A DNA stretch of 64,000 bases from Acidobacteriota bacterium (GTDB lineage: Bacteria > Acidobacteriota > UBA6911), in contig OY761556.1 in assembly GCA_963664705.1 (NCBI GenBank), positions 6,080,001 to 6,144,000 on the forward strand, read 5' to 3'. Position 1 is the first letter of the stretch. Each line of letters begins with the position of its first letter. Below are positions 1 to 9,636 of the stretch, one piece after another. Below the pieces are notes generated by a model. It did not search any database. It worked only from the letters and a program-made list of their open reading frames with translations, and had not been told where the DNA came from. The position numbers and the translations under genes were made by a program.

Positions 1-2
1 TT

Positions 3-1118
3 TTCAACGAGCGCTATATTCTGGTGGCCAAAAACAACATGCAGGTAGCGGACGAGGTTTTCAGGCTTCAGCTGATCAACACTGTTGTTGCGGTTGAAAA
101 CGCTTATTGGGATTTGGCGGCTCTTCAAGAAAGTGTCCGTGTGGCAGAACAAGCACTGGCCGTTGCAGAGCAGCTTTATAAGGACAACAAGATAAAGCTT
201 GAAGTTGGAACGATGTCTCCGCTGGATGTGACGTCGGCCGAGTCTGAAGTTGCCTCCAGAACACGCGATCTGACTGTGGCTGCCACGAATGTGCAGTTCC
301 AGGAGGCCACTCTGAAAAACATGTTGGTAAAGAAAGTCGGAACCCAGTTGGATGCCGCGCGAATTATCCTGGCGGATCCAATGCCGGAACCTGCCGGTGG
401 ACATATTCCGGAGTTGCAGGCCGCTCTTGCCAATGCACTGGAAGCGAGACCGGAATTGCGACAAGCCAACGTCAATCTGCGGAATCAGGATATTTCCGTG
501 CGGTTTACCGAAAAAGCCCTTATGCCTGGGCTTTCGGTCTTTGGCTTTTATGCCGGATCCGGTCTGCAAGGTACCAGTAAAACGGCGAATTCAGGGTTGT
601 TGGATGCCATGGGGCAGAGCTTCACCAATACATACCCGGAGTATGCAACCGGGTTCAGCATGAGCATTCCTTTGCGCAACCGGACGGCACAGGCAGACAA
701 CCTGCGATCGCAGCTCGAGCGGAATCAACTGCTGATTACGCAACAGCGCACACGAAACACCGTAGCCATGGAAGTCCGCAAGGCCATTATAGGGTTGATG
801 CAGGGAAAGGCGCAGGTGGAAGCCTCACACAAAGCTTCATCGCTGGCCCGCGAAATGTGGGAGGGTGAAAAGAGCAAGCTGGAAGCGGGTGCGTCGACCT
901 CCTATCAGGTAATTTTGCGCGAGCGCGACCTGACATCGGCGCGGCAGGCGGAAGTGGCCGCCATGGTTACCTATGCAAAGGCGATCGTGGAAATGGACCG
1001 GTCCCGCGGCATTACACTGGATCGAAACGGAATTGATTACGGAGACGGATTGCGAGGAACTATTTCCAAGGCTCCGGTTACTCCGTTCACTCTGAGTGGA
1101 TCACGGGAGGGCAAGTAA
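3..1118 (+). CDS. TolC-family outer membrane efflux protein, 5'-truncated by window edge
   Basis: Frame is open from nt 3 (FNERYILVAKNN...). OEP-repeat motifs 'VENAYWDL...VRVAEQAL' and 'KLEAGASTSYQVI'. Paralogous to the next gene. Confidence 0.85.
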   Translation, partial: FNERYILVAKNNMQVADEVFRLQLINTVVAVENAYWDLAALQESVRVAEQALAVAEQLYKDNKIKLEVGTMSPLDVTSAESEVASRTRDLTVAATNVQFQEATLKNMLVKKVGTQLDAARIILADPMPEPAGGHIPELQAALANALEARPELRQANVNLRNQDISVRFTEKALMPGLSVFGFYAGSGLQGTSKTANSGLLDAMGQSFTNTYPEYATGFSMSIPLRNRTAQADNLRSQLERNQLLITQQRTRNTVAMEVRKAIIGLMQGKAQVEASHKASSLAREMWEGEKSKLEAGASTSYQVILRERDLTSARQAEVAAMVTYAKAIVEMDRSRGITLDRNGIDYGDGLRGTISKAPVTPFTLSGSREGK

Positions 1119-2962
1119 TGCGCGCTCCTGTCCGCAGTCGGAAAATAATTGCAGGCGGGATGAGGCTGAGCCGGGCGGCGATTCTTCTATTGAGTTTTGC
1201 CTCCGGTGCTTCCGCTCAGGGCTTTAAGGCAATGCCCGATCTCGGCCAGAATCCCGAGTGGTTCCCTCGGGTTTACAAGCCCTATGTATCCCAGAAGATC
1301 CCCAAGATGGATTTGGCCAATTCGCCAAGCCTGATGGATATGGTTCGTGATGGCAAGATCCGGATATCGTTGGCGCAATTGAGGACTTCGGTCAACGAGA
1401 ACAACCTGGACATTCTTTCCTCGCGAAACAGTTCATACTATGCCCAGACAGATATGCTGCGGGTCAATGGCGGCGGAGCCCCTCGTGGCGGCGCCGGCGT
1501 TACGATTCCGAGCAGCCTTTTTGCGGGCGCCATCGGTGCAGGTGTCGGCGGCGCCGGTGGGCTGGGAAGTTTCAGCGGTGTCGGCGGTATTACTGGCGGA
1601 GCAAGGCAGGTTTTTGGTGTTTCGCGCGGCAGCTATGATCCCTCTTTTGCGCTCGGTTTCAGCTATGATCGGACCAATAGCCCATTGAACTCGATCATTG
1701 TCTCGGGCCTGCCTGAAGTAACAACATCGTCCATGGCTTTGCAGACTCGATATTCTCAGGCATTCCCCATGGGGTCCAGCTTTAGTGTCGGCTTCAACAA
1801 CATGCGCCAGAAGACGAATCAATCGTTTCTTCGATACAATCCACTCGCCGTTTCACAGCTGACGGTCAGCCTGACCCAAAACCTGTTGAACGGGTTTGGA
1901 AACGCCATCGGCCGCCGCTTCATCACGGTTGGAAAAAACGAAGAGCGCATCATGAAGGAAATTGTTCGGCTGCAGGTGAACACGACGTTGGCCCAGGCTC
2001 AAAACACCTACTGGGATCTGGTCGCCGCCCGTGACAACGTTCGCGTCGCCACCCAGTCGCTCGCGGTCGCAAAGCAACTGCTCGAGAACAATAGAAAGAA
2101 AGAAGAGATCGGGACCGCCTCCGGCCTTGACGTGACCACCGCGGCGTCGGAAGTTGCCGCGCGCGAACGCGATCTGGTGACGGCACAGGCCGCGATGCAA
2201 ATGCGCGAAGTCGACCTGAAAAATGTAATCTCCAAAAACACCAGTGATTTGCTCGGATCAGTCCAGATTGAGCCCTCCGATGCCCTTCCCGATCCCAAGG
2301 ATAGTGATATCCCCAAAGTGACCGATGCACTCGACACTGCGATGCGAAACCGCTCTGAAATTACGCAGGCGGAAGTCAATCTGGAAACGCAGGATATCGC
2401 CATCAAGTATGAAAAGGATCTCCTCAAGCCCACGCTGCTTCTTTTTGCCAATTTCAACAGCTCCGGTCTCTATGGAGACCGGACCATCACGGATGCAAGC
2501 GGTGCCAGAGTGGTGCTTCCCGGGGGTGTTTGGGGCGCAATGGGCATGGTCAGGCGATGGACCTATCCAGAATATGCGGTAGGGTTCTCCTTTTCGCTGA
2601 ATATCAGAAATCGGGCGGCCGAGGCCGATATCTACCGGGCAAAACTGGAAAGGCAGCAGACTGTGATCAGCCTGCAGCGCACGCGCAACAGCATTGCCCT
2701 GGAAGTTCGAAAGGCGCTAATCGGATTGGTTCAGACCAAGGCCCAGGTGGAAGCCGCGCAGAAGGCGACAAAATTGACGGGCGAAATTCTCGCTGCGGAA
2801 GAGGCAAAGCTGCTGGAAGGTTCCTCGATCCCTTATGAGGTTATCCGGCGTCAGCGAGATTATCAGACCGCCCAGTTTGCCGAGGTTCAGACTCGTGCCA
2901 ACTATGCCAAAGCGCTTGTCGAAAGAGACCGGGCGCTGGGTGTGTTGGAGCCGAAGAAGTAG
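1118..2962 (+). CDS. TolC-family outer membrane protein with signal peptide and Gly-rich insert
   Basis: Signal peptide (...ASGASA|QG), two OEP repeats ('AQNTYWDLVAARDNVRVA', 'EEAKLLEGSSIPYEVI'). TAATG stop/start overlap with the upstream gene. Confidence 0.85.
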   Translation: MRAPVRSRKIIAGGMRLSRAAILLLSFASGASAQGFKAMPDLGQNPEWFPRVYKPYVSQKIPKMDLANSPSLMDMVRDGKIRISLAQLRTSVNENNLDILSSRNSSYYAQTDMLRVNGGGAPRGGAGVTIPSSLFAGAIGAGVGGAGGLGSFSGVGGITGGARQVFGVSRGSYDPSFALGFSYDRTNSPLNSIIVSGLPEVTTSSMALQTRYSQAFPMGSSFSVGFNNMRQKTNQSFLRYNPLAVSQLTVSLTQNLLNGFGNAIGRRFITVGKNEERIMKEIVRLQVNTTLAQAQNTYWDLVAARDNVRVATQSLAVAKQLLENNRKKEEIGTASGLDVTTAASEVAARERDLVTAQAAMQMREVDLKNVISKNTSDLLGSVQIEPSDALPDPKDSDIPKVTDALDTAMRNRSEITQAEVNLETQDIAIKYEKDLLKPTLLLFANFNSSGLYGDRTITDASGARVVLPGGVWGAMGMVRRWTYPEYAVGFSFSLNIRNRAAEADIYRAKLERQQTVISLQRTRNSIALEVRKALIGLVQTKAQVEAAQKATKLTGEILAAEEAKLLEGSSIPYEVIRRQRDYQTAQFAEVQTRANYAKALVERDRALGVLEPKK

Positions 2963-2975
2963 CGGAAGAAATCGC

Positions 2976-3012
2976 CTGACGATTGGAACCGCCGCTTCGT
3001 TCCAATCGTCAG
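2976..3012. repeat. 14-bp perfect inverted repeat between convergent genes (REP-like or bidirectional terminator)
   Basis: CTGACGATTGGAAC (2976-2989) / GTTCCAATCGTCAG (2999-3012). Confidence 0.7.
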
Positions 3013-3022
3013 ACGTCAATCA

Positions 3023-4588
3023 TCAGTTGGGTATGGTTTTCAAAAGCTTGTAGCGTATGCCATCCGCCAGCGCCAGGTAGCTTGCCTCCAGGATGTTTTC
3101 CGATACCCCCACCGTGGTCCAGCTTTCCTCTCCATCGCTTTGCTGAATGTGCACGCGCACTTTGGAGGCAGTCCCTCCTTCACCTTCCAGCACGCGCACT
3201 TTATAGTCGGTGAGATGCACGCCGCGCAGCGGTTCAAAGAATTGGTTCAGGGCGAGGCGCAGCGCCTTGTCCAGTGCATGGACCGGCCCGTCTCCTTCCG
3301 CAACCGTATGAACCGACCGGTCTCCTACGCGTATCTTGACTGTAGCTTCAGAGGTGACCTCGCCGGTTCGGTGCATGTCGGTGACGACGCGGAAATTGTC
3401 TATTTTGAAAAACTCCTTTTCGCCGTTCAGCGCGGTTTCCATCAGTACGCGGATGGAAGCTTCCGCCGCTTCAAACTCGTAGCCTTGGTTTTCCAGCTTT
3501 TTGATTCTGTTCAATGCCGGCCGGAGCTTTTCCTCCTGCTCGGCTATATCCATGCTCATTTCGGTGGCTTTGTAGAGGAGATTGCTTTTCCCGGATAATT
3601 CGGAAACCAGCACGCGCCGGGCATTGCCTACCAATTCAGGATCCATGTGTTCATAGGTCGCTGCATCGCGGATCACAGCGCTTACGTGGACGCCGCCCTT
3701 GTGTGCGAAGGCGCTTTCACCCACAAACGCGAGATTTTTGCGATGGGGCAGGTTTGCGATCTGGCTGACGAATCTCGATGTGCTGGTCAGGAATTTCAGA
3801 TGGTCCGCACCGACGGTGGTGTATCCCATTTTTGTTTCGAGATTCGGAATAATCGAGCAGAGGTTGGCATTGCCGCATCGCTCGCCATAGCCATTCATTG
3901 TCCCCTGCACTTGAACGATTCCGCATTCCACGGCGGCCAGTGAATTGGCAACCGCCAGTTCGGAATCGTTGTGGCAGTGGATCCCGAGCGGAAGCTGAAT
4001 TCCTTCCTGGACCCTGCGAATTGCGGCTTGAATCTGTGACGGCAGTCTTCCTCCATTTGTATCGCACAATGCGATGAGATCCGCTCCGCCCTCCGCCGCC
4101 GCGCGCAGAGTCTGCAGCGCGTACTCCGGATTCGCCGCAAACCCGTCAAAAAAATGCTCTGCGTCGTAGATTACTTCCCTGCCTTTGGATTTGAGGTAGG
4201 CAACCGAGCTTCTGATCAGATCGCAATTTTTCTGGAGGGGAATTCGCAAAGCGGTGTGTACGTGGAAATCCCACGATTTGCCGAAGATGGTCACCACCGG
4301 GCTTTCTGCGCGAAGAAGCGCTTGCAGATTCGAATCCTCTTCCGGGAGATTTTTGGCAAGCGCAGTGCTGCCGAAGGCCGAAATTTTTGCATGCCGCCAG
4401 TTCTGAGAAGCAGCGCGACGGAAAAATTCCGCATCCTTCTCATTTGATCCCGGCCATCCTCCCTCGATGTAGTCCACGCCGAACTCATCCAGTTTTTGGG
4501 CAACCCGGAGCTTATCGTGTACCGAAAAGGCGACGCTTTCTCCCTGCGTTCCATCCCGCAGTGTAGTGTCATATATCTGTATCTTCAT
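3023..4588 (-). CDS. cimA: Citramalate synthase (LeuA/CimA family, bacterial CimA type)
   Basis: N-terminus 'IYDTTLRDGTQGE', 'IEGGWPGSN', 'YDAEHFFDG', 'HCHND', 'GYGERCGNANL', 'AFAHKGGVH', plus a C-terminal regulatory domain. ATG at 4588 has a purine-rich RBS (GAAAGGGA). Confidence 0.9.
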   Translation of the reverse strand: MKIQIYDTTLRDGTQGESVAFSVHDKLRVAQKLDEFGVDYIEGGWPGSNEKDAEFFRRAASQNWRHAKISAFGSTALAKNLPEEDSNLQALLRAESPVVTIFGKSWDFHVHTALRIPLQKNCDLIRSSVAYLKSKGREVIYDAEHFFDGFAANPEYALQTLRAAAEGGADLIALCDTNGGRLPSQIQAAIRRVQEGIQLPLGIHCHNDSELAVANSLAAVECGIVQVQGTMNGYGERCGNANLCSIIPNLETKMGYTTVGADHLKFLTSTSRFVSQIANLPHRKNLAFVGESAFAHKGGVHVSAVIRDAATYEHMDPELVGNARRVLVSELSGKSNLLYKATEMSMDIAEQEEKLRPALNRIKKLENQGYEFEAAEASIRVLMETALNGEKEFFKIDNFRVVTDMHRTGEVTSEATVKIRVGDRSVHTVAEGDGPVHALDKALRLALNQFFEPLRGVHLTDYKVRVLEGEGGTASKVRVHIQQSDGEESWTTVGVSENILEASYLALADGIRYKLLKTIPN

Positions 4589-4610
4589 AATCCCTTTCAG
4601 CTCCCATAAC

Positions 4611-4645
4611 AAAAAAGCCCTCACCCGTTTTGCGGATGAGGGCTT
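4611..4645 (-). terminator. Intrinsic attenuator terminator upstream of cimA
   Basis: Minus strand reads AAGCCCTCATCCG-CAAAA-CGGGTGAGGGCTT-TTTT, a GC stem followed by a U tract, 22 nt before the cimA start. Confidence 0.85.
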
Positions 4646-4670
4646 GGTGCATGCACCTTTTTGCAGGCCT

Positions 4671-4745
4671 CTATCCGCCGGGCGATATCCCGGTAATCAT
4701 AATAATGGCGATGCTGATGATGTTGGCACTAGTGCGCTGAATCAT
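4671..4745 (-). CDS. Ile-rich attenuator leader peptide (24 aa, MIQRTSANIISIAIIMITGISPGG)
   Basis: Translated by hand: 8 Ile codons in 24. GAGGA lies just upstream. The stop codon overlaps GCGGATAGAGGC, which can pair with the 5' arm of the terminator. Confidence 0.8.
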   Translation of the reverse strand: MIQRTSANIISIAIIMITGISPGG

Positions 4746-4804
4746 AAATCCTCAGGTCGGTACATTGCCACATCCCCCTGGTAATGTAAACAGGAAAGAA
4801 GGAA

Positions 4805-4931
4805 GGAGACAGGAGTCAGGAGACAGGAGACAGGAGACAGAATGAAGCTCATCTGTCCGGATGCATTATCGGCTGGCTTCATTTTCGACTTCCAATATCT
4901 TCCTGTCTCCTGACTTCTGTCTCCTGTCTCC
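4805..4931. repeat. Inverted pair of heptamer tandem arrays
   Basis: (GGAGACA/GGAGTCA)x5 at 4805-4839 and the complementary (TCCTGTC/TCCTGAC/TTCTGTC)x4 at 4901-4931. Confidence 0.8.
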
Positions 4932-5070
4932 TTCTTCCTTTTCTCTTGACAAATCCGGCACATTCCAGAAACTGGAGCCATCGGCCCGCGTTCTCCCGGC
5001 CGAGCGATCTTATCTTTAAAAAATTTGTTCTGCGATGTCGCCCATCACCTCGGGTGAGGAGGGATAGAAT

Positions 5071-7536
5071 ATGGCAGATGCCCAACCGTTCCAACCCTGG
5101 ACCTGGAGAGTTCCGGAGGGTGATGCGGACGTGCGCCGCAACATGCCCCGGCAGGATGCATACGAAAGAGTCAGCGGAGAAGCCATCTATACGAGGGACG
5201 TGCATTTGCCCGGGATGCTTTGCGCGAAAGCGCTGACGTCTCCTTTCGCTCACGCAAAAATTAGGAACATGGATATCCGAAATGCCGAGGCCATGAACGG
5301 CGTCAGGGACATACTCCGGTATGATGATCCGGATATATCCATCGACAATGTCACCGGGTGTTCCAGCGGCAACAAATACAATATCCTGACGCTGCCGGGT
5401 GTGGCTGATTTTTATCAGCACCCGATGGGCGCGGCGGTGGTGGCCGATTCGGAGGAGGTGTGCGATCGAGCCCTGCGTGCAATCAAGATTGAGTGGGAGG
5501 AATGCCCATTCGTGCTGGATATGGAGGAATCGCTTAAGCCGGATGCTCCGAGGATAATGCCCGAGGTCAGACGCCTGGATCCGACGGCCAGGGAACCGAA
5601 TACCGTATATACCGAATCCGCGGAAATCGGCGATGTGGAAAAAGGATTTGCAGAGGCCGACCGCGTTATCGAGTATAGGTTCAAGCGGGCCATCAATTCT
5701 CCTGCCGGTGTTGAGCCGATGGTCTGTATCGCTCAATGGCGTGGCGATTTCCTGGATCTCTACCTGCATCATCAGCATGACATGACGGAAACCATTGGTT
5801 CCGAGAGCACCCCCTCCATTGCATGGGACCTTCTTGGTCGTGATGAGGCCTCCAGGCCAAAAGTAGATCCCAACTACCGACCCACTCGTCGGGAGGAGCC
5901 GCATCCGATGCTGGCTCACTGGACCAAAATCACACTGGTCTATCCATTTCAGGGATCGGTGTTTGGCGGGTTGTCGTGGCTTGCCTATTCCTACAGTTTT
6001 ATACGGCTGGCGGTGAAATTGGCCAAAAGGGCTGGTGGGCGCCCCGTGAAGCTTCTGTATGATGAGAGCAGTTTTTATTGCGGGGGAGACGAATCCGGGA
6101 CGTACACCTGCAAGGTCGGGGCAAAAAAGGACGGCACCATTACAGCGTATCACTGGAATATGGTTGGCGTACGGAATCCCGCAAAGGACAAAACTCCGGA
6201 ATGCACCACCATTCGCAATGTGAAGGGTTCGCAGCAATGGGCTTTTACCAACCGGGGATTTGTTGAGAGCTTCCGGCATGGTGCTCCGGCTTGTGTGCCG
6301 CACAACATCATGTTCGACCGTGTGGCTGCCGAATTCGGACTCGATCCGACAGAGGTGGCCTTGAAAAATGACGGCTGCGACGGACATCCGTGGGATTGGG
6401 TCACTCAATATCAGAAGGCGAATGGATTTCCGCAGAGGCATAGTCTCAAAGAAGTCATTGATCGCGGCAAAGCAGCTATTGGCTGGGATCAGAAATGGCA
6501 TCTTCCAGGCAAAAAGAGGCTTTCCAATAACAGGATGCACGGGCTCGGTTTTATGTCTATTAACGAGTGGGGTGCCGGGCTTCGTGGAATTCTGGCCGCC
6601 GGGTATTCCTGCGTCATGCTGCGCAATGGAAAGGCCGCGATCATCGGGATGCGCTGCGATCCGGGAGTTGATACCGAATCCGGGTTTCGTCGTTGTGTTG
6701 CTTCGGAATTGGGCCTTCGGTTTGAAGACACGGTGATACAGGAGCGTCGTTCCGACAATAACGTATTTCACTTTGCCGAGCCTGGAGGATCGTACGGAAC
6801 CATCAGCACTACGCCGCAGCTGATTTTTGCGGCAAGGCAATTGAAAAAGAAAATACTGCTGCAGGCGGTAACCTCCAGGGAAAGAGAAGCTCCGTTCTTT
6901 CCAGGGAAGAGGCCGGAGGATCTGGAAGTCAGAGATAGCAAAGTTTTTGAAAAGGCTAATCCAAAGAACAGCAGAGATATTGGCGAGATTGCCAACGCAT
7001 TCTGGGAAGACGATCCCGCAATAGCGCACCCGGCAATTCCCAGCCTCGCCGGATTAACGTCCGATGGGAAACCCGATTCCCGAGTGTACATGATGTCGCG
7101 GCAGGCGCACTTTATCGAAATTGAAATCGACCCTGAAACCGGTGAGATCGAATTCGATAACATCGTTTGCGTCAATGATGTGGGGCACGTCTTTAATGCG
7201 CGTGGAGCCGAAGGTCAGCAATATGGCGGCGCATATATGGCCCTGGGTCGAAATAAGAGCGAGGAAAAAATCTGCTGTCCGAGGACCGGCGTTGGCCTCA
7301 ATTATGATCACATTGGCTATCAGCTTGGAACCATGAATGACTATCCCGTCATCCAGTGTCTCCTGAATGAGAGCCATCTTGGATACTCCGCTTACGGTGC
7401 GTGCGGCATTGGAGAGAATATCGGCGCTGCAATGTCTGCAATTCTTGGTGGCGCAGTCTACAATGCGATAGGAAAGTGGATATATGATTTCCCGATTACG
7501 CCGGATAAAGTTCTCAAGACGCTGGGCGTGATCTGA
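5071..7536 (+). CDS. Xanthine dehydrogenase-family molybdopterin-binding (large) subunit, divergent
   Basis: 'RVSGEAIYTRDVHLPGML', 'SPFAHAKI', 'GDVEKGFAEAD', 'EIEIDPETGEI', 'NDVGHVFN', 'GACGIGE', 'PITPDKVL'. Confidence 0.85.
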   Translation: MADAQPFQPWTWRVPEGDADVRRNMPRQDAYERVSGEAIYTRDVHLPGMLCAKALTSPFAHAKIRNMDIRNAEAMNGVRDILRYDDPDISIDNVTGCSSGNKYNILTLPGVADFYQHPMGAAVVADSEEVCDRALRAIKIEWEECPFVLDMEESLKPDAPRIMPEVRRLDPTAREPNTVYTESAEIGDVEKGFAEADRVIEYRFKRAINSPAGVEPMVCIAQWRGDFLDLYLHHQHDMTETIGSESTPSIAWDLLGRDEASRPKVDPNYRPTRREEPHPMLAHWTKITLVYPFQGSVFGGLSWLAYSYSFIRLAVKLAKRAGGRPVKLLYDESSFYCGGDESGTYTCKVGAKKDGTITAYHWNMVGVRNPAKDKTPECTTIRNVKGSQQWAFTNRGFVESFRHGAPACVPHNIMFDRVAAEFGLDPTEVALKNDGCDGHPWDWVTQYQKANGFPQRHSLKEVIDRGKAAIGWDQKWHLPGKKRLSNNRMHGLGFMSINEWGAGLRGILAAGYSCVMLRNGKAAIIGMRCDPGVDTESGFRRCVASELGLRFEDTVIQERRSDNNVFHFAEPGGSYGTISTTPQLIFAARQLKKKILLQAVTSREREAPFFPGKRPEDLEVRDSKVFEKANPKNSRDIGEIANAFWEDDPAIAHPAIPSLAGLTSDGKPDSRVYMMSRQAHFIEIEIDPETGEIEFDNIVCVNDVGHVFNARGAEGQQYGGAYMALGRNKSEEKICCPRTGVGLNYDHIGYQLGTMNDYPVIQCLLNESHLGYSAYGACGIGENIGAAMSAILGGAVYNAIGKWIYDFPITPDKVLKTLGVI

Positions 7537-7618
7537 TTCTCTATAGCAGGCAAGGCAGTTTTTCAAAGCCATCAATGCGGCGGCGAACTGCCGCGATCCA
7601 ATGAGATGGAGGAATCGA

Positions 7619-8860
7619 ATGGCGCAAATGTCGGCGGAGCAGACGGCTTCAAAGGAAGCTGCGCGAGAATGGTTGCTTCCATTCCTCGCCACGATCCTTG
7701 CCATGATGGCACTGCAGATGTCCAACCTGGGATCTTCTCCCCTGCTTAAGGAAGCTCAGAAGGAATTCAGGATGAGCGCTTCCCTTTACGGTACTTTCAC
7801 GGGGATGTATGGAATATCTGCCCTGCTCCTGAGTATTCCCGGGGGGATGCTGGCAAAGCGGTTTGGAGAAAGAAGGGTTTTGGCCGGCAGCCTGTTGATC
7901 GTCACCCTGGGTCTGCTTGTTCTAAGCCAGGTCTGGAATATCCCTTCGGCTTTTGGCGGGCGCGGACTATGGCTCCTGGGGTACCGGCCGGCATTTGTAT
8001 GCGTCATGACCGCGATGGCTCTGACTGCCCCTCCGGCTCTTCGCAGCCGATCCATGGGGCTCATCGGGGCTATGACGGCGGCGGGCAGCGCCATCGGCGC
8101 CTCTTTGGGCGGCGCCGTGGGGGCGCGATTCGGCTGGCGAAATGGAATTCTTGCCTTTGCATGCGTGGCATTCCTGGGGGCTGTTGTTTTCTACTGGCTG
8201 TACCGCACCGGCACGAAGCCCGCGATTCCTGTAAAAAAGGTCGAAGTGCCCAAAGAACCCAGAGCGGGCAAAAAGGGAAGTGTGTTCACCAATCCGGTGG
8301 TTTATGCGCTGGCGGTTCTGGAGGGAATCGTCGGCGTAGGATATTTCAGTTCCAACTGGTTTGTCCCGGGTGCCGTGGAAATGGTTTTCGGCAAGAGTGC
8401 GATGACGGCGGCAGCTCAAATCTTGAGCACGGGCTTCATCGTCGCAATCTGCGCCAATATCTTTTTTGGATACCTAGCAGACCGTTACAACAAATGGAAT
8501 GTCATGCTTCTGATGATGGCGATACTGATTCCCGCCTCGCTGTGCATGAATTCCAGAAGCCTGCCGGTTTTCTGGATTGCCACCGCGCTTGTGCTGTCGG
8601 TAGGTCTTTCAGCCGCGCAGCAATGTTTTGCTTTGGCTGCCGAGCTTGTTTCTGGGCGCGAGATGGGGAATGTAATGGGGATCGTCTCTCTGGGTCCCGG
8701 TATATTCGGTTTTCTTGGCCCGCAAATGATTGGCTGGCTGCGGGACTGGACCGGCAGTTTTACCGCCGGGTGGTATTTCCTGGCAAGTGTAGCGGTCATT
8801 TCACTCATGCTTATTCTGTATATCAAGACATACATCAAAAGAAGAGGGAAGGTTTCGTGA
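7619..8860 (+). CDS. MFS transporter
   Basis: About 12 hydrophobic segments, with motif A-like 'GGMLAKRFGERR' and 'GYLADRYNK'. GGAGGA RBS precedes ATG 7619. Confidence 0.9.
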   Translation: MAQMSAEQTASKEAAREWLLPFLATILAMMALQMSNLGSSPLLKEAQKEFRMSASLYGTFTGMYGISALLLSIPGGMLAKRFGERRVLAGSLLIVTLGLLVLSQVWNIPSAFGGRGLWLLGYRPAFVCVMTAMALTAPPALRSRSMGLIGAMTAAGSAIGASLGGAVGARFGWRNGILAFACVAFLGAVVFYWLYRTGTKPAIPVKKVEVPKEPRAGKKGSVFTNPVVYALAVLEGIVGVGYFSSNWFVPGAVEMVFGKSAMTAAAQILSTGFIVAICANIFFGYLADRYNKWNVMLLMMAILIPASLCMNSRSLPVFWIATALVLSVGLSAAQQCFALAAELVSGREMGNVMGIVSLGPGIFGFLGPQMIGWLRDWTGSFTAGWYFLASVAVISLMLILYIKTYIKRRGKVS

Positions 8861-8910
8861 ATGATGCAGTTTGCCGGGAGCATCGGGGTTCCCGGCGAGT
8901 GGAGGCTTGA

Positions 8911-9636
8911 ATGAAAAGCAAGATTCTATCGGGATTTCGGGAAGCGGTCGCGGATATTCCCGATGGCGCCACGGTGATGATCGGTGGGTTCGGGCATGCT
9001 GCGGACAAGCCGCAAAATCTTATTCAAGCTCTGGCCGAACATGGCGCCAGGGGACTCACGATGATTGTGAACGGTGCCGGTGTGTCCGGCTCGCTCGGGA
9101 TTGGGGCCCTCGGCGGCAAGCCGTTTATCGATGAAGAAGTATTGCTCAAAAACCGTCAGATCAAAAAAGCGATTTGCAGTGTTCCGGCATCTTTGGTGAT
9201 GTCAAAGCCCGGCGTTTTTGAGAAGCAGTTTCTTTCAGGCGAAGCGGAACTTGAATACGTTCCTCAAGGAACTCTGGCGGAGCGTATACGCGCCGGCGGA
9301 GCCGGGATTGGGGCCTTTTATACTCCAACCGGGGTAGGAACCCTGGTGGCGTCGGGAAAAGAAAAAAGGATGATTGACGGCAGGGAGATGTTGCTCGAAT
9401 TTGGCTTGCGAGCGGACTACGCCCTGATCCGTGGTTACCGGGCGGATACCGCGGGTAATCTCATATATCGGGGCATCATGCGTTCGTTCAATGCCGTAAT
9501 GGCAAAGGCCGCCAAGGTCACCATTGCGGAGGTGGATGATGTTTTGGAGGCCGGTGCCCTCGATCCGGAAATTGTAATTACCCAGGGAATCTTTGTTGAT
9601 CGCATTGTCCAGATTCCCAAGGAGGTGCAGCCATGA
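8911..9636 (+). CDS. 3-oxoacid CoA-transferase subunit A (family I)
   Basis: 'DGATVMIGGFG', 'PQGTLAERIRAGGAGIGAFYTPTGVGT'. Confidence 0.92.
   Translation: MKSKILSGFREAVADIPDGATVMIGGFGHAADKPQNLIQALAEHGARGLTMIVNGAGVSGSLGIGALGGKPFIDEEVLLKNRQIKKAICSVPASLVMSKPGVFEKQFLSGEAELEYVPQGTLAERIRAGGAGIGAFYTPTGVGTLVASGKEKRMIDGREMLLEFGLRADYALIRGYRADTAGNLIYRGIMRSFNAVMAKAAKVTIAEVDDVLEAGALDPEIVITQGIFVDRIVQIPKEVQP

Noticed and set aside
4805-4931. Possible CRISPR array at the short repeat tracts
   Set aside because: The units are 7-bp tandem repeats without unique spacers, and there are no cas genes in the window.
4879-7029. 716-aa minus-strand ORF
   Set aside because: It is antisense to the Mo-hydroxylase gene, has no recognisable motifs and ends in the heptamer repeats. 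It is a shadow ORF.
7969-8910. 313-aa same-strand alternative-frame ORF in the MFS gene
   Set aside because: Arg/Gly/Cys-rich composition typical of off-frame GC-rich sequence, and no slippery site seen.
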